Assembly (NCBI GenBank): GCA_035453125.1
Contig: DAOTCN010000002.1
Span: forward strand, 72,289 to 136,288
Reading direction: 5' to 3'
From: Minisyncoccota bacterium
GTDB taxonomy: Archaea; Nanobdellota; Nanobdellia; Pacearchaeales; GW2011-AR1
DNA length: 64,000 nucleotides
The position numbers and the translations under genes are program-made. A model generated the notes under the pieces. That model was not told where the DNA came from. It saw only the letters and a list, made by a program, of their open reading frames with translations, and made no database searches. How positions within the stretch are numbered: the stretch's first letter is position 1; each line of letters starts with the position of its first letter. Below are positions 37,843-48,025 of the stretch, piece by piece.

Positions 37843-38778
37843 ATGATAAAAAAAAATAAACAAAATAACAAAGGTAAAATAAGCATTATTATTCCTTTGG
37901 CAGTTGGAAAAAAACTAGACTATAGCAACAAAAATAATAATTTAAAAATAATTATTAAAGAGGGTGATAACCCTTCAAAAAATAGAAATTCAGGTGTTAA
38001 AGAAACCAAAACTGAATTAATTGCATTTACCAATGGACATACATATATTCCGGATAACTGGTACGAAAATGTGACTAATTTTTTTAGAGAAAATCCTCAA
38101 GTTGATATTGTTGGTGGTCCACAGCTAACACCTAAGAATAGTTCTCTTTTTGAGAGAGCAAGTGGTTATGCTTTAGGTTCTATTTTTGGTGCAGGAGGAG
38201 TTAAATCAAGGTATTCTGGTAAAAAATTATTTCTTAATGCTGATGAAACAATGCTTACTAGTGCAAACTTAGTATGTAAGAAAAAAGTTTTTGAAAAAAT
38301 AAAATTTGATGAAAGTTTATACCCTGGAGAAGATCCAAAATTTATAAATGATGCAAAAAAAGAAGGGTTTATAGTAGCATACTCTCCAAATATAGTTGTT
38401 CATAATAAAAGAAGAACTACAATTGATGAATTATCTAAACAAATATTTGGTTATGGAAAAACCCGCCCTGAAAAAGAAAATTTTTTTGAAACATTAAAAA
38501 AACCTTTTTTTATTATACCTAGCTTATTTTTATTTTATTTAATTATTCTTCTCATATATATAACTTATAAATTATTAAACAATCAAACAGTTAATTTATT
38601 TTTTGTTTTACCATTAATAATTTATGTTTTACTAAATCTAATATTTTCATTAGTAAATTCAATAAAGAATAAAGACTTTTTAGCTATATTTTTATTACCA
38701 GAGATATATTTTGTTATTCATGTTAGCTATGGACTTGGTTTTATAACTTCTACATTAAAAAAACAAAGAAGGAGTTAA
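37843..38778 (+). CDS. GT2-like glycosyltransferase with C-terminal TMs; atypical (short N-terminus, NGH at the DxD position)
   Basis: RNSGV, IAFTNGHTY, VGGP, YPGED, three C-terminal TM helices. Confidence 0.75.
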   Translation: MIKKNKQNNKGKISIIIPLAVGKKLDYSNKNNNLKIIIKEGDNPSKNRNSGVKETKTELIAFTNGHTYIPDNWYENVTNFFRENPQVDIVGGPQLTPKNSSLFERASGYALGSIFGAGGVKSRYSGKKLFLNADETMLTSANLVCKKKVFEKIKFDESLYPGEDPKFINDAKKEGFIVAYSPNIVVHNKRRTTIDELSKQIFGYGKTRPEKENFFETLKKPFFIIPSLFLFYLIILLIYITYKLLNNQTVNLFFVLPLIIYVLLNLIFSLVNSIKNKDFLAIFLLPEIYFVIHVSYGLGFITSTLKKQRRS

Positions 38779-38874
38779 TTGAATAATATTAAATATAATA
38801 TTAAACCAAAGAAAGACTTAAAAAGATGATTAAAGACCTAAGTTTATAGCCTATATTTGGAGACTAATGTTCTT

Positions 38875-40275
38875 ATGAAAAAAATATTGCTTATTGAAGT
38901 TGGATCAAAAGAAACTTTATATCCACCTATAGGTTTAATGCATTTAGCTGCGGTTATTAGAGATAAATATGAAGTTAGGATAAAAGATTATTCTGGAAAA
39001 GAAATTAGAGAAGAGGAGATAAAAGAAGATATTGAAAAATTTGACCCATTTATTGTGGGTTTAAGAGTTTTAACTGGACCACCGATACCTCGTGCAATAA
39101 AAGTTAGTAAAATTGCAAAAGAAATGGGGAAAATTGTTATCTGGGGTGGACCTCATCCAACTATACTACCTGAACAAACTTTAGAAAATGAATATATTGA
39201 TTCTTTAATAATTGGTGAGGGTGAAGACAACTTTCAAAAATTAATAAAATATCATGAGGGGAAAAAAGTTAAATTATTTGGTGCAGGTATAAAAAAGAAG
39301 GGTAAGATAATCATAACTGAAGCTTCGAAAAAATCAGTAAACTTGGATAAACTTCCTTTGCCTGCATGGGATCTTGTTGAAAATATTGAAAAGTATTTTC
39401 CTTTTAAGAAACATAATGAACTACCAATAAGTACAACTCGTGGATGTGCATTTAAATGTGGTTTTTGTCATAATAGTAATGATAATGTAAAAAAATATCT
39501 GGGTTGTTATAGGATAACTCAACCAGAAAGAGCTATTCAAGAGTACAATCTTGTACAAAAACTTGTTAAGAACCAAATAGATATAATTGATGTTGGAGAG
39601 GATTTACATTTAATATCTGAAGACTATGCAAAAAAATTCTGTAAAGTTATGAAAGAAAGTAAACTTGATATAAAATGGACTACTTCTGCAAGATATCAGA
39701 TATTAAATGAAGAAATAATTAAAATGATTGCAGATGCAGGATGTGTAAGAATTCTTCTAGGGATTGAATCAGGATCTGAAAGAATTCAGGCAATGAATAA
39801 TAAAAAAATAGATATGAAAAAAGCAATAGAAACAGCAAAATTATTAAAAAAATATAAAATATTCACTACAAATGCATATATCATGGGTCATCCAACTGAA
39901 ACTGAGGAAGAATTAAACAAAACAGTTGAATTTATAAAAAATGTTCCTGCAGATGAAAACTTAATTCAATTATACCGACCAATGCCTGGAACTCCTTATT
40001 TTCAAATATGTGTAGAAAAAAATAAGTTTAATATACCAAATAATTTAGAAGAATGGGGGGGTTTTGGAGTTTTAGGTCATGACATAAATGTATCTGAAAT
40101 TCCTACAAAAAAGTTATTTAAAACTTTTTATAAAACAAATTTAATACAACAAACAAAATATTGGTTAAATCAACAAAAATTTTTTGTTAGACATAAACAA
40201 TATGCAAGATTTTTTAGCAATTTTATAAGAAATAGGTTTACTCATAAATTAAAAGAATATTTACAAAACAGATGA
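38875..40275 (+). CDS. B12-binding radical SAM protein
   Basis: YPPIGLMHLAA, WGGPHPT, TTRGCAFKCGFC (CxxxCxxC), GIESGS. ATG at 38875. Confidence 0.92.
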   Translation: MKKILLIEVGSKETLYPPIGLMHLAAVIRDKYEVRIKDYSGKEIREEEIKEDIEKFDPFIVGLRVLTGPPIPRAIKVSKIAKEMGKIVIWGGPHPTILPEQTLENEYIDSLIIGEGEDNFQKLIKYHEGKKVKLFGAGIKKKGKIIITEASKKSVNLDKLPLPAWDLVENIEKYFPFKKHNELPISTTRGCAFKCGFCHNSNDNVKKYLGCYRITQPERAIQEYNLVQKLVKNQIDIIDVGEDLHLISEDYAKKFCKVMKESKLDIKWTTSARYQILNEEIIKMIADAGCVRILLGIESGSERIQAMNNKKIDMKKAIETAKLLKKYKIFTTNAYIMGHPTETEEELNKTVEFIKNVPADENLIQLYRPMPGTPYFQICVEKNKFNIPNNLEEWGGFGVLGHDINVSEIPTKKLFKTFYKTNLIQQTKYWLNQQKFFVRHKQYARFFSNFIRNRFTHKLKEYLQNR

Positions 40276-41105
40276 AAAAAAAAATTTTGATAACAGGTAG
40301 TAGTGGTTTTATTGGATCAAACTTATTATCCTCACTAAACAAAAAGTACCAAGTTTTGACTGTCTCAAGATTTAATGGACAAAATAACAGTTATACTGGG
40401 GATCTAGAAGATTTTAATTTTGTAAATAGAATATGTAAAAATGTTAAAGTAATCGTGCATTTAGCATATTCAAAAAACTATATGTCTAATATTACAATTA
40501 CGAAAAATCTTATTCAAGCTGCAAGAGAAAACAAAGTCCAACAGATTATTCTGGTTAGTTCAATGTCTGCAAAAAGAAATTACCCTGATGATTATGGAAA
40601 AAATAAAAAAGAAATAGAACTATTAATTAAAGATTCAAAATTGAATTATACTATCTTAAGACCTTCAATTGTATATGGTAAGGGTAGCAAAAGTTTTGAA
40701 TTTATAATTAACTATATCAAAAAAATACCTTTTTTTACACCCATAATTGGTAATGGAAAATATAAAATCTACCCTGTAAAAGTAGATGATGTTGTTTATG
40801 CAATAAACAAGTGTATAGACAATAAAAGAACTTTAAACAAAGAGTATGATCTTCCTGGAAAAGACGGGATTTATTTCATTGATTTAATAAACTGTCTAAA
40901 AAAAGGAATAAATGTGAGTAAGAAGAATATCAATATTCCTATATGGTTCTGTAAAATTATTAGTATTTTTTTCCCAAAAATACTAAATAAAAATAACATA
41001 AAAAATTTAACAGAAGATAGTCTTGCTGATATAACTAATGCAGCAAAAGACTTTAAATATAGCCCTATTAGTTTTAATAAAGGAATTGAAAATGGTCTCA
41101 TATAA
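40272..41105 (+). CDS. NAD-dependent epimerase/dehydratase (SDR)
   Basis: ITGSSGFIG, YGKNK (YxxxK), ILRPSIVYG. Confidence 0.88.
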   Translation: MKKKILITGSSGFIGSNLLSSLNKKYQVLTVSRFNGQNNSYTGDLEDFNFVNRICKNVKVIVHLAYSKNYMSNITITKNLIQAARENKVQQIILVSSMSAKRNYPDDYGKNKKEIELLIKDSKLNYTILRPSIVYGKGSKSFEFIINYIKKIPFFTPIIGNGKYKIYPVKVDDVVYAINKCIDNKRTLNKEYDLPGKDGIYFIDLINCLKKGINVSKKNINIPIWFCKIISIFFPKILNKNNIKNLTEDSLADITNAAKDFKYSPISFNKGIENGLI

Positions 41106-42213
41106 ACAAATAATGAAAAATGCTCTTAAGAAAAGACCTCATAGAGCAATTAAAAGTGTTTTTTCCACAATAAGACACGGACCAAAGGCTAGTCTTCCAT
41201 TTAAACTAAAAATGGAATGTTCCTCAATATGTAATCTTAAGTGTATTATGTGTCCATTGCATGTTGGATTAAAAAGAAAACAAGGTTTTCTTACATTTGA
41301 TAATTTTAAAAATGTTTTTGATCAGATAAAACCTGCTTACCTCAACTTAACAGGTATTGGCGAACCATTTCTTAATAAAGAACTGTTTAAAATAGTTGAA
41401 TATGCAAAAAAAGAGGGAACAATGGTCAAATTAGACACAAATGCAACACTTTTAACTCAAGAAAATATAGAAAAAATATTAAAAACAGGTATCGATTATA
41501 TATCTATCTCAATTGATGGAGTAGATAAAAAAAGTTATGAAAAAATTAGAATTGGATCAAATTTTGAATTAGTAAAAGATAATGTAAAAAACTTAACTAA
41601 AGAAAGAGATAGACTAAAAAGCAAAACACATGTACATATGTTCTTTGTTTTACAAGAAGATAACATTTTATATTTACCTGAATTCATAAAACTTGCAGAA
41701 GAGCTTGGGGTAAATTATGTTGCTGGTAGTTTTGTGGTAACTCTGGGTGGAAATAATAATGCTAAAAATAAAATTAGTTTATATAGGGAAGAATTACAAA
41801 AAGTTATAGAAGAAACAAAAGAATTAATCAAGAAGGCTAAAGTGGAAGTAAGTGTTCAACCTTTATTGGACTTCTTAGAAGAAAAAGAGGAGAAAAGAGA
41901 GTATAACAAAAATAAACCCTGCCTAATGCCTTGGTATTCAACATTTATAACTTGGGATGGATGGGTTAATCCTTGTGATTTCTCTTGTGATAATGAAGAA
42001 GTTTTTGGAAATGCTTTTGAAGAGCCTTTTAAGAATATATGGAATAATAAAAAATATAAAGATTTTAGATTAAATTTATTAAAAAATAGAGAGAGTATAA
42101 ATTTATGTAGAGGATGTGGAGTTGATGAAAGTTATATAATCCAGGAAATAAAAAAAATACCTTTTGGAAAAAGTATAGGTTACAAAATAAAAGATGAAGG
42201 AGAAAAAAATTAA
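41092..42213 (+). CDS. Radical SAM/SPASM-domain protein
   Basis: CNLKCIMC, GIGEP, C-terminal CLMPW...C...CRGC. Probable start 41092. Confidence 0.9.
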   Translation: MVSYKQIMKNALKKRPHRAIKSVFSTIRHGPKASLPFKLKMECSSICNLKCIMCPLHVGLKRKQGFLTFDNFKNVFDQIKPAYLNLTGIGEPFLNKELFKIVEYAKKEGTMVKLDTNATLLTQENIEKILKTGIDYISISIDGVDKKSYEKIRIGSNFELVKDNVKNLTKERDRLKSKTHVHMFFVLQEDNILYLPEFIKLAEELGVNYVAGSFVVTLGGNNNAKNKISLYREELQKVIEETKELIKKAKVEVSVQPLLDFLEEKEEKREYNKNKPCLMPWYSTFITWDGWVNPCDFSCDNEEVFGNAFEEPFKNIWNNKKYKDFRLNLLKNRESINLCRGCGVDESYIIQEIKKIPFGKSIGYKIKDEGEKN

Positions 42214-43183
42214 TTTACCAAAAATTAGTGTTGTCATGCCTATATACAATGAAGAGATGAAGTTAGATAATTGTTTAAAGAGTATAAGGGATCAAGATTA
42301 TCCTCAAGATAAAATAGAAATTGTCTTTGTTGATGATAACTCTACTGATAATTCAATTGAAATTGCTAAAAAGTACAAAATAAAACTAGTTAAAAATGGT
42401 GCTCACGATTATGATATAGGAAAATCTTTAGGTATAAAGGAATCAACAGGAGAGTATATTATATTTTTAGATGGAGACAATATTTTACCGAGTAAAAACT
42501 GGATAAAAAATATGATTATTCCCCTTCTGGAAGATAAAAGTCTTGTTGGAAGTCAGTTGCTTTGGATTAAATATGACAAAAAACAATCTCTTTTTGATAG
42601 ATACTGTGCTTTGTATGGAATTACTGATCCCCTTACGATTTACTTAAATAATCGTGGACATCTAATGATTTGGGAAAAAAAATGGAAACTTGGATTAATT
42701 GAAGAAAGAGAAGGTTACTTCACTGTAAAATTCAACCAAAAGAATCTTCCAACAATTGGTTCAGTAGGATTTACAATAAGAAAGAATTATTTATTAAAAA
42801 CAAATTATTCTCCGGCATTTTCTCATTTGGATTGTATGCAAGATCTAATAAAACAAAGTTACAATAAATTTGCAATGGTTAAACAAGATATTATTCACTT
42901 ACATTCTGCAAATTATTCAAGTTTTATTGGAAAATTAAACCGTAATTTGTCTATTTTTATAAGGGATCATAATAAAAGAAGATATAAATGGGATGCACCT
43001 TTAAGCAAAAAAATATATGCTGCAGTTGCAATGATGACATTTATTTTACCTACTTACCATGCCTTAAGAGGATATATTAAAATAAAGGATAATTCTTGGT
43101 TTATACATCCATTTATCTGTTTTTGGGTTATATTGAATTATATTACTATACTTTCACTTTGGAAAGTTGGATTAAAAAAATAG
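42194..43183 (+). CDS. GT2 glycosyltransferase
   Basis: SVVMPIYNEE, VDDNSTD, FLDGD. Confidence 0.9.
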   Translation: MKEKKINLPKISVVMPIYNEEMKLDNCLKSIRDQDYPQDKIEIVFVDDNSTDNSIEIAKKYKIKLVKNGAHDYDIGKSLGIKESTGEYIIFLDGDNILPSKNWIKNMIIPLLEDKSLVGSQLLWIKYDKKQSLFDRYCALYGITDPLTIYLNNRGHLMIWEKKWKLGLIEEREGYFTVKFNQKNLPTIGSVGFTIRKNYLLKTNYSPAFSHLDCMQDLIKQSYNKFAMVKQDIIHLHSANYSSFIGKLNRNLSIFIRDHNKRRYKWDAPLSKKIYAAVAMMTFILPTYHALRGYIKIKDNSWFIHPFICFWVILNYITILSLWKVGLKK

Positions 43184-44767
43184 TCAATACTTTATTTCAT
43201 AAATAACTAACAAAGGCTGTGTTTGTTGTAAATCTGAATAATATACTTGAACAGGAATAGCTGACTGATTATTTCTTTGTGGCCATGTATAAACCCATTC
43301 AGGAGTATAACTTGGTTCAAAAACAGAAATAACTATGTATTTGGGTTTTAATTCTTTTATTTTTTCATTAAAAATCTCCTCACTAGAATTAGAACTGTTA
43401 AAAATAAAACCAATTGTTTTTCTTTCAGAATAATAAGGTGTTTGTGTTGAGGATGCACTAACAACTAAATCATCTTTAGAAGTATGATTTTTTAACCATA
43501 AACCTGAATCTTTAACTTGAGAGTATGAATCAACTTTAATTTTAATTATTTGATCTGCATGAATAAGCTGATTATAACAACCAATTCCTACAATAAGAAT
43601 AATAATTATTAAGATAATTTTTTTATTTTTTATGAAACTACCTACAAAATCTGCAAAAAAAACAGCACCTTTTGAAGTAAATGCAAGTAGAGGTATTAAA
43701 AGAGGGAAAAACCAACGAAATTCAAAGGCGTTAGCACGCATTATAAAAATAAAAAAAACCATTACTGAAATAATAACTAACAAATTTAATAAATCAGATT
43801 TTATTTCCAAATCTTCTTCAGAATCATTTATTCTTTTTATTTTCGAAAGGTTAGTAAATATATCAAAAAAAACAAGAAATAATCCAAAAAGAAATGTATA
43901 GAAAAAAATTGAGGGAATTTTTGGAATAACTGATTGAAAAAATCCATAAAACATTGTTAAAGGAATCCAAGAAATAGGTTCTCTTAAATTTAAATAAGCA
44001 AATAAACCAAATTTTGAAGCTATAAAAAAACCTAAAATTCCTGCAATAGAAACAAATCCAATAGTATAAAGCAAATTTCTCTTTTTAAAAATAAAAGACT
44101 TATTTATAGCAACAAAAAAGAGAAATACTGCTGGAATAAACATTGCTGTACCTGGCCTAAATAATATAGACAATATTGAAAATATTATAATAAAAAATAA
44201 AGAATTTTTTGGTTTAATTAACCATAAATTTTTCTTTTTAAGACATACTCTAAATAAAACAAAAAAAACAAGAAACTCAAAAATTAAAGAAAAGTTTTCT
44301 GTATGAAATCTGTTACTAAAAAATAAATGTTCCCATAATAATGAAAGAATTAGTGTTGAAATAAACGCTATTCTTTTGTCATAATACATCTCTCTTAAAA
44401 CGAAATAAAATAAGAATAAAACAATTATTGATGGGATAAACAAAGCAATAAACCTCATAAATATTTCATTACTTAAACCTGTAATAAAAAATGTAGACAT
44501 TAATAAAGAAAAGGTAGGTAGTCTCATCAAACCAATTTTATAATCTAAAATACCTGCAAATCCTTTTGCAGCAGACATATATTCTGCTTCATCCCACCAT
44601 AGGGGTTGATTTACTGTTATAAAAAAGTAATAAAGCCTCACAATTACTATAAATAAAAATAAAGCAGAAACAGTTAGGTTGGTTGGATTTTTAAGCCATT
44701 TTTTTATCTTCTCTTGAGAGTTATAATTAATAATCTCATTATTTTCTTTTTTTTCTGTTTCTTCCAT
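43184..44767 (-). CDS. GT-C membrane glycosyltransferase (ArnT/PMT-like)
   Basis: PLWWDEAEY luminal loop, many TMs, C-terminal soluble domain. Confidence 0.8.
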   Translation of the reverse strand: MEETEKKENNEIINYNSQEKIKKWLKNPTNLTVSALFLFIVIVRLYYFFITVNQPLWWDEAEYMSAAKGFAGILDYKIGLMRLPTFSLLMSTFFITGLSNEIFMRFIALFIPSIIVLFLFYFVLREMYYDKRIAFISTLILSLLWEHLFFSNRFHTENFSLIFEFLVFFVLFRVCLKKKNLWLIKPKNSLFFIIIFSILSILFRPGTAMFIPAVFLFFVAINKSFIFKKRNLLYTIGFVSIAGILGFFIASKFGLFAYLNLREPISWIPLTMFYGFFQSVIPKIPSIFFYTFLFGLFLVFFDIFTNLSKIKRINDSEEDLEIKSDLLNLLVIISVMVFFIFIMRANAFEFRWFFPLLIPLLAFTSKGAVFFADFVGSFIKNKKIILIIIILIVGIGCYNQLIHADQIIKIKVDSYSQVKDSGLWLKNHTSKDDLVVSASSTQTPYYSERKTIGFIFNSSNSSEEIFNEKIKELKPKYIVISVFEPSYTPEWVYTWPQRNNQSAIPVQVYYSDLQQTQPLLVIYEIKY

Positions 44768-44804
44768 AAGTATTATTAAATTCTTTATTTTAAAAAGATA
44801 GTTG

Positions 44805-46301
44805 TTATATTCCCTTTATAGCCATATTTAAGTTTTTAACAATATATTTAAGTTCTTCTAAATTGTTTATTTTTGATAAAAATTCTTTATAAAAAGTGAT
44901 AGGATTAATATATGAAATTAACCTTCTTTTATAAAATTCTTTAAAAATATCTTTTCTTATATTATTTAATTCTTCTTTTTTAAAATTAAGAGTATTATAT
45001 TTTGTATTTTCAATATAACTAGTCATTTCTATTTCATTTAACAAACCTGCATTTTGAAAGTCTCTATACATATCTGTTCCGAGATAAGGCTGTGCAATAT
45101 AAACAAAAGGAAAATTTATTTTTGAATTAATTATTAAATCTTTAGTTTTTTCTATATCTTTCTCTGTTTCGAATGGAAAACCGATTATAAATGTAGCACA
45201 AACCCACATACCTAATTTATGACAATCTTCTATTAATTCTTTAAGTTTTTCTTCTGGAATTATTTTTCTAACATATTTTTGAGATTCTAAACTACCAGAC
45301 TCAACACCAAAAGTTATTCTATAACAACCTGCTTGTTTCATTTTCATTAAAACTTCTGAATCGAGTGTCCATATTGCAATACCATTAGGGGTATCCCATC
45401 TTATGTCTATATTTCTTTTAATTATCTCTTCACAAATGTCTATAATCCTTTTTTTGTTAAGTGTTAAATTATCATCTTGAAAACGAAATTGTTTTGCACC
45501 ATAATTTTTAACTAACATTTCTATTTCATCAACAACATTCTTTGCAGTTCTACCTCTCCAACATCTACCCCAAACAGTATGAATTGAACAAAAAACACAA
45601 TTTCCCGGACAACCTCGGCTAGTTATTAAATCAACAGAATTTTTTCTCATTGTAGCCCTAGAATTATCCGGATGATCAAAATAATCTTTAATATTTATCA
45701 AATGCCATGCAGGATTTAATGAATCTAGATCTTTAATGTAATCTTGAGGTTTATTTTTTTTAAATTTCCCATTTTTAATTAATGCTGTACCTTTAATTGA
45801 ATCTATTTTCTTATTAGAACTATATCTTTTCGAAATCTCTAAAAATGTTAATTCACCTTCGCCAATAACAACCAAATCAATCTCTTTATTTCTCAATACA
45901 AATTCTGGATTTGCAGAAGAATGTGCGCCACCAACAACAACTAAAAATTTTTTATTTAAATTTTTTTCAATAAAACGTATAAGTGAAATAACTTCAAAAG
46001 AATCTTGTTCAAATGCAGTATAAGCACATGAAACACCTATTATGTCGGGATTAAAATCTTCTATTTCATTTATAATATCTTCAGGAAATAAACCAATTTT
46101 AACTTTTGTTTCATTAATATCTCTTTTTTTTGTATAATAAAGAGGACAATCTAAAATTTTAACCTGAAAGTTACTTTTTTCAAGAATTCCAGCCATATAC
46201 AAAAATCCTAATGGAAATTTAAGACCTATTTGTCTAACTGATTTATCAGCTGTTTGAGGGGGATTTATAAACAGAATCTTACATTTATTTGTTTTTTTCA
46301 T
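44805..46301 (-). CDS. B12-binding radical SAM protein
   Basis: FPLGFLY, GGAHSS, TSRGCPGNCVFC, GVESGS. Confidence 0.92.
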   Translation of the reverse strand: MKKTNKCKILFINPPQTADKSVRQIGLKFPLGFLYMAGILEKSNFQVKILDCPLYYTKKRDINETKVKIGLFPEDIINEIEDFNPDIIGVSCAYTAFEQDSFEVISLIRFIEKNLNKKFLVVVGGAHSSANPEFVLRNKEIDLVVIGEGELTFLEISKRYSSNKKIDSIKGTALIKNGKFKKNKPQDYIKDLDSLNPAWHLINIKDYFDHPDNSRATMRKNSVDLITSRGCPGNCVFCSIHTVWGRCWRGRTAKNVVDEIEMLVKNYGAKQFRFQDDNLTLNKKRIIDICEEIIKRNIDIRWDTPNGIAIWTLDSEVLMKMKQAGCYRITFGVESGSLESQKYVRKIIPEEKLKELIEDCHKLGMWVCATFIIGFPFETEKDIEKTKDLIINSKINFPFVYIAQPYLGTDMYRDFQNAGLLNEIEMTSYIENTKYNTLNFKKEELNNIRKDIFKEFYKRRLISYINPITFYKEFLSKINNLEELKYIVKNLNMAIKGI

Positions 46302-46363
46302 AAAATTAGACTAATAAAAGGATATAAAAAGATAATTATTATATAAAAAAATACAAAAAATTA

Positions 46364-47365
46364 TTAAAAAAAACTATCAATTTTATCTAAAACTTCTTCT
46401 ACTGAAATACTATTAACTAACTCTTCACTATATTTATCTGAGTTCTCTGGAAAGAATTCTTTTAATTTTGGAGAGGCAATCTTTAATAATAGTCCATAAT
46501 CTTCTATTTCATCTGGAGAAGTACAAAAGAATAAACCAATTGTTTGTTTGTTAAGAGCAAGTGCAAGATGTAAAGCCATTGTGTCTCCACAAACAATAAT
46601 TTCACAAAGATTGATTAAAGAAGCAAATTGTTTTATAGTAGTATTCTTGTCATTTGAGGGTACATCAATATTTTTCTCAAGTAAAACTGATTTAATTCTA
46701 TGTATTTTTTCCTCTTCATTATTGCCTCCTAAAAGTAAAACTTCATAACCTTGTTGCTTTAGTTTTGTGATAAACTCTATAATCTTACCTTCAGACCAAG
46801 ATTTTGAAGGCCACCTTGAAGAAGAACCAACATTTATACCAACTAGTTTATTTTTTGATAAGTTATAATATTTATTAAAAAAATCTTGAGCATAGGATTT
46901 ATCTGATTCACTTAAATAAATAAAACATGGTTGTTTTTTATACTCTAAATCTGCTGCTTCAAACATCATTTGTTGATAAGTCTTTTTATTTATCTTCTTA
47001 AGCTCATCTGAAAATACTGTTTCAAGATAATATTCTGCGCCTGAATTAAATGGAGCTGGAAAACCTTCTTCAGAATAAAAACCAAATTTATTTTTTGATT
47101 CAATTCTTGAAGCTAGATTAGTTGCCTCATCTTCAATATCTAAGTTAATAAGTACATCAAAGTATTCATTAATTTGTTCATCTGAAATAGGAATAGTTAA
47201 AATCTTGTTTATTTGAGAGTTATTTTCAAGTATCTCTTGGGACTCAGGTTTAGTAATCCAAGTTATATTAGCATCAGGATATTTTTCTTTAATTCCTAAT
47301 AATAGTGGTGTTGTTCTAACTACATCTCCTAATGCGCCAAGTTTAATAATTACTATTTTTGTCAT
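46364..47365 (-). CDS. GT9 (heptosyltransferase-like) glycosyltransferase
   Basis: IIKLGALGDVVRTTP, KSW, CGDTMALHLALA. Probable ATG at 47365. Confidence 0.85.
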   Translation of the reverse strand: MTKIVIIKLGALGDVVRTTPLLLGIKEKYPDANITWITKPESQEILENNSQINKILTIPISDEQINEYFDVLINLDIEDEATNLASRIESKNKFGFYSEEGFPAPFNSGAEYYLETVFSDELKKINKKTYQQMMFEAADLEYKKQPCFIYLSESDKSYAQDFFNKYYNLSKNKLVGINVGSSSRWPSKSWSEGKIIEFITKLKQQGYEVLLLGGNNEEEKIHRIKSVLLEKNIDVPSNDKNTTIKQFASLINLCEIIVCGDTMALHLALALNKQTIGLFFCTSPDEIEDYGLLLKIASPKLKEFFPENSDKYSEELVNSISVEEVLDKIDSFF

Positions 47366-47398
47366 AAAGTTTAAAACTAATATAGATATATAAGGATT

Positions 47399-47833
47399 AT
47401 GAAAGAAAAAAAGTTGAGAATATATATTGCTGGAAAAATATGTAGTGAGTTTGAGAAACAAGAACTTGAAAAAATAGCTATTTTATGTGAAAATCTTGGT
47501 TTTGAAACTTTTCTTCCACATAGGGATGTGGGAATTGTAAAGGGGATTAAAGATGTAAAACAGATATTTGAAGGAGATATAATTGAAGGATTTAAAGGAG
47601 TTAATTTAGTTGTTGCTAACCTAAATGGCCTTCATGTTGGTGCTGGAACTGCATGGGAACTAGGTTATGCTTATGCCAATAAAATACCTGCTATTGGAAT
47701 TAAGACAGATGAATCAATTGAAAGTGAAGGAACTTTAGATTATCTTAGTGCAATACTTCTTGGAAGCATGAAAATTGTTGGTTCTTTCAAAGACCTGGAA
47801 AAAGAGCTAAAGAAGTTCCATTCTAAAAAGTAG
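47399..47833 (+). CDS. Nucleoside 2-deoxyribosyltransferase / nucleotide N-glycosidase family protein
   Basis: IYIAG, FLPHRD, GTAWELGYAYA. Confidence 0.85.
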   Translation: MKEKKLRIYIAGKICSEFEKQELEKIAILCENLGFETFLPHRDVGIVKGIKDVKQIFEGDIIEGFKGVNLVVANLNGLHVGAGTAWELGYAYANKIPAIGIKTDESIESEGTLDYLSAILLGSMKIVGSFKDLEKELKKFHSKK

Positions 47834-47860
47834 TTAAATATCTCGTGTGGGTATGTAAGT

Positions 47861-47886
47861 TAAATCTTTGCCATGGCAAAGATTTA
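47861..47886. repeat. Perfect 26-bp palindrome TAAATCTTTGCCATGGCAAAGATTTA overlapping the helicase promoter
   Basis: The 13-nt arms are exact reverse complements with no loop; the right arm runs into TTTATAAG (47883-47890). Confidence 0.9.
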
Positions 47887-48025
47887 TAAGCTAAGTTTGA
47901 AATCAAGTTTAAGACAATAATCAAATAATAAGCATTATTTACATGTTAAAGAAAAACACCGTTTTTTCTTGCCAAATGTCAAAGACATTGGTTATAATTT
48001 ATTTGGATTAGTTGAATTATACATA

